Source of the DNA: an uncultured Thermoanaerobaculia bacterium
Lineage (GTDB): Bacteria > Acidobacteriota > Thermoanaerobaculia > Multivoradales > JAGPDF01
NCBI GenBank assembly: GCA_964481735.1
Contig: CAYZWR010000001.1
Coordinates: 29,300 to 93,299 of the forward strand
DNA: 64,000 nucleotides
Direction of reading: 5' to 3'
Part shown: positions 58,548 to 64,000 of the stretch, piece after piece
How positions within the stretch are numbered: the stretch's first letter is position 1
How the letters are laid out: each line of letters starts with the position of its first letter
The notes under the pieces: model-generated
Told to the model about the DNA's origin: nothing
Seen by the model: only the letters and a program-made list of their open reading frames with translations
Database searches by the model: none
Program-made: the position numbers and the translations under genes

Positions 58548-58979
58548 GTGGCGGTGCTCCTTGCCCTGTTCGCGCGCGCCTTCCTGATCGAGGTGGTCTC
58601 GATCCCGAGCGACTCGATGTCGCCGACCCTCGTCGCCGGCGATCAGGTGCTGGTCGATCGCTGGATCTTCGCCGACAAGGCGAGCTGGCGCGCCCTGCCG
58701 GTTCGCCCCGTGCGCAGCGGCGACATCGTGCTCTTCCGCTCGCCCCTCCCGCCGCATCGGCTCCTGGTCAAGCGCTGCGTCGCGGCGGACGGCGAGCTCG
58801 CCGGCGGGAGCCGGGTTGCGCCGGGCGAGCTCTTCCTGGCGGGCGACAATCGTGCGCGCTCGTTCGACTCGCGCAGCTTCGGGCCGGTCGCGACCTCGGC
58901 GGTCCGCGGGCGGGTCTTCGCGATCCTCTGGTCGCGCGCCGCGAGCGACTCCCGCCGCGCCCTCCGCGCGGTGCGCTAG
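58548..58979 (+). CDS. short signal peptidase I paralog
   Basis: SDSMSPTL, VKRCVAADG, GDNRARSFDSRSFG; start uncertain (GTG 58548 or CTG 58503 overlapping lepB stop). Confidence 0.55.
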   Translation: MAVLLALFARAFLIEVVSIPSDSMSPTLVAGDQVLVDRWIFADKASWRALPVRPVRSGDIVLFRSPLPPHRLLVKRCVAADGELAGGSRVAPGELFLAGDNRARSFDSRSFGPVATSAVRGRVFAILWSRAASDSRRALRAVR

Positions 58980-59014
58980 ACTTCGCGTTCGGCATCGAGC
59001 ACTTGGAGGACGGC

Positions 59015-59383
59015 ATGCGCAACGCGCGAAGGCAGGCGGGCGACGGCAAGCTGGGCTGCATTCTCTGGACCGCGCTGTTGGCGGTGGCGGTGATGATCGC
59101 CTGGAAGGCGATCCCGGTGAAGATCGCGAGCTCGGAGCTCTACGACTTCATGGTCGAGCAGGCGAAGTGGGCCGCGGGCACCAACCCGGAGCTCGTGCAG
59201 AAACGCATTCTCGCCAAGGCCGCCGAGCTCAACCTGCCGGTCGAATCCAAGCAGGTCACGGCGGAGCGCATCGGCGATCGGATCCGCATGCGCGCCCGCT
59301 TCACCGTTCCCCTCGAGTTCCCCGGCTACGTCTACAACTGGGACTTCGACCTGCAGGTCGACCGGCCGATCTACATCTGGTAG
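59015..59383 (+). CDS. DUF4845-family small membrane-anchored protein
   Basis: ATG 59015 5 nt after GGAGGA; one TM helix then conserved C-terminal domain. Confidence 0.55.
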   Translation: MRNARRQAGDGKLGCILWTALLAVAVMIAWKAIPVKIASSELYDFMVEQAKWAAGTNPELVQKRILAKAAELNLPVESKQVTAERIGDRIRMRARFTVPLEFPGYVYNWDFDLQVDRPIYIW

Positions 59384-59398
59384 GCGCGTCGCGCCCCG

Positions 59399-60091
59399 TC
59401 AGGCCGAGGTGATCTCCTCGGCGAGGGCGGCGAGCGCCGCCTCGGGGTCGGCCGCCTGGGTGAGCGGGCGGCCGATGACCAGGAGATCCGCCCCCGCCGC
59501 GAGCGCCACTCGGGCGCTCGCCGTCCGACGCTGGTCGTCGAGCGCGGCGCCGGCCGGGCGGATCCCCGGCGTGACGATCAGGAACGGCGCGGGCAGCTCG
59601 CGGCGCAAGGTCCCGAGCTCCAAGGGGGAGGCGACGACGCCCGCAGCACCCGACTCCGCGGCGAGCCGCGCCCAGGCGAGCACGCGCCCGGCGGCCGCGC
59701 CGGGCAGGTCGAGCGCGGTGAGCGCTGGTGGGTCGAGATGGGTGAGCAGCGTGACGGCGAGCAGCTTGACGCCGTCGCCGGCGGCGCGGGCCGCCGCGCC
59801 GATCATCTCCGGACCGCCGCCCGCGTGCAGCGTGAGGTAGTCGACCCCGAGATCGCGCGCCGCCGCGACCGCTCCGGCGACGGTGTTGGGAATGTCGTGC
59901 AGCTTGAGGTCGAGAAAGAGACCGCGGGCGTGTTGCCGCGCCTCGGCGACCGCCGTCGGGCCGAAGCGGACGAACGCTTCGAGACCGACCTTGAGAACGC
60001 CGACGCGCGGCCCGAAGAAGGCGCACCAGCGCTCGAAGGTCGCGCGATCCGAAGTGTCCAGCGCCACCGCCACGCGCGCGAGGGAGCTCAT
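59399..60091 (-). CDS. pyrF: orotidine 5'-phosphate decarboxylase
   Basis: DLKLHDIPNT active-site motif; ATG 60091 overlaps pyrD stop. Confidence 0.9.
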   Translation of the reverse strand: MSSLARVAVALDTSDRATFERWCAFFGPRVGVLKVGLEAFVRFGPTAVAEARQHARGLFLDLKLHDIPNTVAGAVAAARDLGVDYLTLHAGGGPEMIGAAARAAGDGVKLLAVTLLTHLDPPALTALDLPGAAAGRVLAWARLAAESGAAGVVASPLELGTLRRELPAPFLIVTPGIRPAGAALDDQRRTASARVALAAGADLLVIGRPLTQAADPEAALAALAEEITSA

Positions 60092-61017
60092 CCATCCTCC
60101 CAGGGCCGTACCGCACCCACCAGATCGCTCACCCGCTCGAGGCCGAGCGCGACGAGCCGTTCGCCCAGGCCGCTGACCAGCCGCTCCGCGGTGCGCGGTT
60201 GGCGAAACAGCGCGGTTCCCACCTGCACCGCGCTCGCGCCGGCGAGCAGGAACTCGACCACGTCGTCGACCGTCTCGATGCCGCCGATGCCGATCACCGG
60301 CAGACCGACCTTCCGCGCCACGTCGTAGACGATGCGCACCGCGATCGGCTTGATCGCCGGCCCCGAGAGTCCGCCCCGCCCGGTGTGCAGCCGGGGGCGA
60401 CGGGTCCAGGGATCGATCGCCATGCCGAGCACGGTGTTGATCGCGGACAGCAGATCGGCGCCCCCGGCCTTGGCCGCCTCGCCGATCTCCACCGGCGAGG
60501 TGACGTTCGGCGAGAGCTTCACCGCGATCGGCTTCGAGCTCGCCTGGCGGACGCTGCGCACCAGGCGTTCCAGGAGCTCGGGGTCGTGGCCGAAGTGCAT
60601 GCCCCCCTTCTTGACGTTGGGGCAGGAGACGTTGAGCTCGATCGCCGCGACGCCGGGATGGGGCTCGACCCGCTCCGCCAGCCGCGCGTAGTCGTCGAGC
60701 TCGTAGCCGAAGAGGTTGACGATCACTCGCGCGGGGTAGCGCGCCAGCCCGGGGAGGACTTCGGCGAGGAAGCGCTCGATGCCGATGTTCTGCAGGCCGA
60801 TCGAGTTGAGCATGCCGCCCCGCGGCTCGGCGATGCGCGGCGGCGGGTTGCCCGCCAGCGGCTCGAGCGAGAGCCCCTTGGTGACGATGCCGCCGAGGCG
60901 CTCGAGATCGGCCAGGTGGGCGAATTCGAGCCCGTAGCCGAACGTTCCGCTCGCGGTGAGAATCGGGTTCGGAAGCTCCAGGCGGCCGAGGCGGACCGAG
61001 AGATCCGGGCCGCTCAC
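60088..61017 (-). CDS. pyrD: dihydroorotate dehydrogenase catalytic subunit (class 1B)
   Basis: LPNPILTASGTFGYG, NVSCPN motifs; GTG 61017 overlaps pyrK stop. Confidence 0.9.
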   Translation of the reverse strand: MSGPDLSVRLGRLELPNPILTASGTFGYGLEFAHLADLERLGGIVTKGLSLEPLAGNPPPRIAEPRGGMLNSIGLQNIGIERFLAEVLPGLARYPARVIVNLFGYELDDYARLAERVEPHPGVAAIELNVSCPNVKKGGMHFGHDPELLERLVRSVRQASSKPIAVKLSPNVTSPVEIGEAAKAGGADLLSAINTVLGMAIDPWTRRPRLHTGRGGLSGPAIKPIAVRIVYDVARKVGLPVIGIGGIETVDDVVEFLLAGASAVQVGTALFRQPRTAERLVSGLGERLVALGLERVSDLVGAVRPWEDG

Positions 61018-61814
61018 CAGCGCACCGCATCGAAGGGAAACACCGGCCCGTCCTTGCAGCAGAGCCCGTAGCGGCCGCTGGCGAGCGGCACCGCGCAACC
61101 GAGGCAGGCGCCGAAGCCGCAGCCCATCGGGGTCTCGAGCGCGGCCTCGCCGGAGACGCCGTGCGCCGAGGCGAGCTCGGCCAGGCGCGCCAGCAGACCC
61201 ATCGGGCCGCAGGCATAGAGCGCCCGGTAGGCGCCCCCCGCGAGCCGTTCGGCGAGCGGCTCGGTCACCAGCCCGCGCCGTCCGAAGGAGCCGTCTTCCG
61301 TCGTCGTGATCAGCGCGCCGCCGCTCGCGGTCGCGAGCTCGCCGAAGCGCGCGGCGAGCGCGAGGTCGACTCGCGACCGGCCGCCGTAGAAGAAGTCGAA
61401 GCTCACGCCGCGCGCGGCGAGCGCCCGCCCGAGCAGCAGCAGCGGGGCCGAACCGACGCCGCCCGCGACCAGCGCGACCGGCCCGCGGTCGACCGGCAGG
61501 AAAGCGCGGCCGAGCGGTCCGAGCACCGACATCGTCTCGCCCGGCCGGCGCGCCGCGAGCGCCCGCGTTCCCGGCCCGACGACCTTCACCAGCAGCTCGA
61601 TCCGCGACCCGCGATCTGTTCTACTGACGTCGTGCACCGAGAAGGCGCGCCGCAGGTAGGGTTCGAGCCCGTCGCCGGTCTCGACCATCACGAACTGCCC
61701 CGCGCGGACCTCCGCCCAGGCCGGCGGACCGTCGAACGCGATGGTGTAATAGGGCAGCGGTTGCTCGACGATCTCGAGGACGGTGGCGCGGGCGTCGACC
61801 GGTTGCATGAGCAT
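61014..61814 (-). CDS. pyrK: dihydroorotate dehydrogenase electron-transfer subunit
   Basis: FAD/NAD binding layout and C-terminal 2Fe-2S motif CGFGACLGC. Confidence 0.85.
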   Translation of the reverse strand: MLMQPVDARATVLEIVEQPLPYYTIAFDGPPAWAEVRAGQFVMVETGDGLEPYLRRAFSVHDVSRTDRGSRIELLVKVVGPGTRALAARRPGETMSVLGPLGRAFLPVDRGPVALVAGGVGSAPLLLLGRALAARGVSFDFFYGGRSRVDLALAARFGELATASGGALITTTEDGSFGRRGLVTEPLAERLAGGAYRALYACGPMGLLARLAELASAHGVSGEAALETPMGCGFGACLGCAVPLASGRYGLCCKDGPVFPFDAVRW

Positions 61815-63495
61815 CGTGAACTCTAGCAAACGCCTCGCGGGCGAACCGCGCGCCGCGGCTTGGGCGCGCCTCGCCACGCACCGGTGGCCCGAGCCGCTCG
61901 TCGCGGCGGCGCTCGCGCTCGTCGCGGCGCTGGTCGCGGGTGCCCAGTTCGCGCTGCTGCTCGTCTTTCTCAATCCCGACCTGCCGCTCAGCGCCGGCGC
62001 TCTCGTCGCCGCGACGTGGCGCTTCGGGCTGCTGCTGGCGCCGGTGGCGCTCGCCGCCTTCGTCCTCGGCTTGCGCCGGCGCAACGTGCGCGCCAGCCGG
62101 CTGTTGCCGTGGGCGCTCACCGTGGTGCTCGCCGCCGCCGCGCTCGGCGACTGGGTCAACGCCTCGCACCATGCTTTCTACCTGCCGCCGGGAATCAACG
62201 CGCAGCTGCTCAAGGGGGCGCTCTGGCTCTCGCTGGGGGCGGTGCTCGCCTTCTACACCGCGCTCCTGCACACCGTGCACCACCGCGCCTACGGCGCACG
62301 AAGCCGCTGGCTGCTCGTCCTGGTGGTCGCCGGCTCGCTCTATGCTCTGGTCGATCGCCGGGTGAGCTACCACCCGCCGCCGCCACCCACGCCCGCCGCC
62401 GCGCGTCCGGTCGCCGGGCCGGCCCCGCGCCTCCTCTTCGTCGGCCTCGACGGCGCCAGCCTCGATGTCCTCCTGCCGCTCGCCCGCCAGGGCAGACTGC
62501 CGTTCTTCGCCGGCTTGCTCGAGCAGGGGAGCTACGCGCGGCTCGCCACGCTCTCGCCCATCCGTCCGCTCGCCCTCTGGGCGAGCGCAGCGACCGGCAA
62601 GATGCCTCATCGCCACGGCTTGCTGGGCGACGTCCATGCCGCTCCGCGTTGGCTCGCCCCCGCTGGCGAGCTGAAGCTGCTGCCGCTCGGCGTGGGGCCA
62701 CGCCTGGGCCGTATCCTGTTCGGCCCCACGCTCCCTCCCGGCGAGCCGCCGCGCTCGGCGCTCACCGTCTGGGAGATCCTCGGTAAGCTCCGGCCGTCCG
62801 CCGAGACGATCGGTTTCCCGCCCGCGCTCGCCGCCGCCGCGCCACGGCTCGAGCTCGAGCCGGAACCCGCGGTCGATGCCGACGAGCCGTTCGCCGAGCC
62901 GCTCGCCATGGCGCAGCGCCTGGACCGCCCACGGCTCGCCGCGGCGACGGCGCGCCTCACGGGCGGCGACCCGCCAGCCTCCTGTTTCTTGCTGTTGCCC
63001 GGACTCGAGGAGCTCTCGCTCGCCACCGTCGGCGGCTTCGAGGCGGCGGAACTCGCGGGCTCACGGGGGCGTGAGCAGCGGAGCGCGGCCGCCGCGCTCA
63101 CCGCTCACTACGCCGAGCTCGATGCCGCCCTGGCGGCGCTCTGGGAACAGTTGCCGCCGCCGCGCGTCGTCGTCGTGGCCTCGGTCTACGGCGTCGCACC
63201 ACCGCAAGGGGTACGCAAGGTCCTGGGCGAGTTGATGCGCTTCCGACGCACCGCCGGCTCGCTCGCCGACGCGCCCGACGGTGCGCTGCTGATGCGCGGG
63301 GATGGGATCAGGAGAGGGGAGGCAATGCCGCCGGGGCGCATCGTCGACCTGCTGCCGACCCTGCTCTATCTCTCCGGGCTGCCGATCGCGCGCGACCTCG
63401 ATGGCCGGGTGTTGACCGAGGCCTTCGAGCCGGCGCTGCTGCAGCGCGAGCCGCTCGCTTTCCTGCCGACCTATCAGGGCCTGTTCAGCGACTAG
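61807..63495 (+). CDS. membrane-anchored alkaline-phosphatase-superfamily (type I phosphodiesterase/nucleotide pyrophosphatase-like) protein
   Basis: N-terminal multi-TM region then LLFVGLDGASLDVL metal-site segment; start uncertain (61783 GTG, 61807 ATG, 61816 GTG). Confidence 0.6.
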   Translation: MSIVNSSKRLAGEPRAAAWARLATHRWPEPLVAAALALVAALVAGAQFALLLVFLNPDLPLSAGALVAATWRFGLLLAPVALAAFVLGLRRRNVRASRLLPWALTVVLAAAALGDWVNASHHAFYLPPGINAQLLKGALWLSLGAVLAFYTALLHTVHHRAYGARSRWLLVLVVAGSLYALVDRRVSYHPPPPPTPAAARPVAGPAPRLLFVGLDGASLDVLLPLARQGRLPFFAGLLEQGSYARLATLSPIRPLALWASAATGKMPHRHGLLGDVHAAPRWLAPAGELKLLPLGVGPRLGRILFGPTLPPGEPPRSALTVWEILGKLRPSAETIGFPPALAAAAPRLELEPEPAVDADEPFAEPLAMAQRLDRPRLAAATARLTGGDPPASCFLLLPGLEELSLATVGGFEAAELAGSRGREQRSAAAALTAHYAELDAALAALWEQLPPPRVVVVASVYGVAPPQGVRKVLGELMRFRRTAGSLADAPDGALLMRGDGIRRGEAMPPGRIVDLLPTLLYLSGLPIARDLDGRVLTEAFEPALLQREPLAFLPTYQGLFSD

Positions 63496-63944
63496 CGCTC
63501 CGGCTTCGCGGCGATCCGGCCGACCACCTTGGCGCCGACCGCCGCCGGCGCGCCGTCGGCCGTCGAATCGGCGCGCGGCGCCTCGGCCGCGAGCTTCTCG
63601 CCGGCTGTCATCGCGCAGTGCCCTTCGAGCACCCCGCCCTCTTCGATCACCAGCGCCACGGCACGGATCTCGCCCTCGACGCGCCCGTGAGGGTGGATCG
63701 ACAACCGCCTGGCGACCTGCACCTCGCCGTGCACCCGCCCCGAGACGAAGAGCCGCCCGACGCGAATCTCGCCCTCGACTTCCCCCTTCTCGCCGACGAC
63801 AAGATCGCCCTCCGAGATCACCCGGCCGACCACCTTGCCATCGATGCGGAACGACTGGTCGAAGCGCAGCTCGCCCTCGAACTGCGATCCGACGTCGAGG
63901 AAACCGGAGAGGTCCCCGGACGCCGATCTGCCGCGGAAGTTCAT
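63492..63944 (-). CDS. bactofilin family protein
   Basis: Repeating beta-helix DUF583 pattern (G.V.G.I…G.V.G.V), 150 aa. Confidence 0.8.
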   Translation of the reverse strand: MNFRGRSASGDLSGFLDVGSQFEGELRFDQSFRIDGKVVGRVISEGDLVVGEKGEVEGEIRVGRLFVSGRVHGEVQVARRLSIHPHGRVEGEIRAVALVIEEGGVLEGHCAMTAGEKLAAEAPRADSTADGAPAAVGAKVVGRIAAKPER

Positions 63945-64000
63945 GGCCTTCCCCCTCGCTGGAAGATGAGGTCGAAGAGGCGGATCAACTCCTCCTCCGA
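63941..64000 (-). CDS. 3' end of unidentified gene translationally coupled to bactofilin (partial)
   Basis: Frame …SEEELIRLFDLIFQRGGRP* ends in TGA overlapping bactofilin ATG. Confidence 0.3.
   Translation of the reverse strand, partial: SEEELIRLFDLIFQRGGRP

Overview
This is a high-GC (about 70%) bacterial chromosomal segment, densely packed with genes and with frequent ATGA/GTGA start-stop overlaps between operon partners. The lineage cannot be placed from sequence alone. All protein and RNA family assignments were made by reading for conserved motifs by eye; no database search was run. Coordinates include stop codons. Many long antisense ORFs in the track are high-GC artefacts and were ignored.

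Recognisable housekeeping content:
- AMMECR1, a DinB/YfiT-like protein, plsC and tsaD.
- Glycolysis genes gap, pgk and tpiA, followed by secG and tRNA-Leu(GAG).
- A periplasmic cyclophilin, and tmRNA (ssrA) with tag ANDNLALAA.
- dus, a TerC-family membrane protein, mtnA and a cystathionine gamma-synthase/lyase-family (MetB/MetC-like) enzyme.
- cutA, comEA, two tandem signal peptidase I genes, pyrK-pyrD-pyrF and a bactofilin.

Accessory content worth a second look:
- An orphan contractile-tail sheath homologue fused to an N-terminal ABM-type domain, with no other tail genes nearby.
- A sigma-54 module: sensor kinase, NtrC-like regulator, a near-consensus -24/-12 promoter and a small secreted protein, sitting beside an IPTL-CTERM-sorted exoprotein.
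- A complete but split bacillithiol pathway (bshB1-bshA in one place, bshC 6 kb away), with bshC translationally coupled to a 1079-aa secreted multidomain protein.
- A GspH/FimT-like pseudopilin next to comEA.
- A membrane-anchored protein built from three tandem ~130-aa repeats.
- A row of small membrane proteins (DUF4870, Yip1, DUF2752, YidD) upstream of a PDZ-7TM-GAF-GGDEF cyclase, and more c-di-GMP signalling (hybrid kinase plus REC-PAS-GGDEF-EAL).
- A choice-of-anchor-B/LVIVD beta-propeller protein with Fn3 domains, an OPT transporter and an ABC-2 exporter.

No transposase, integrase or CRISPR array was seen, and nothing is integrated downstream of ssrA.
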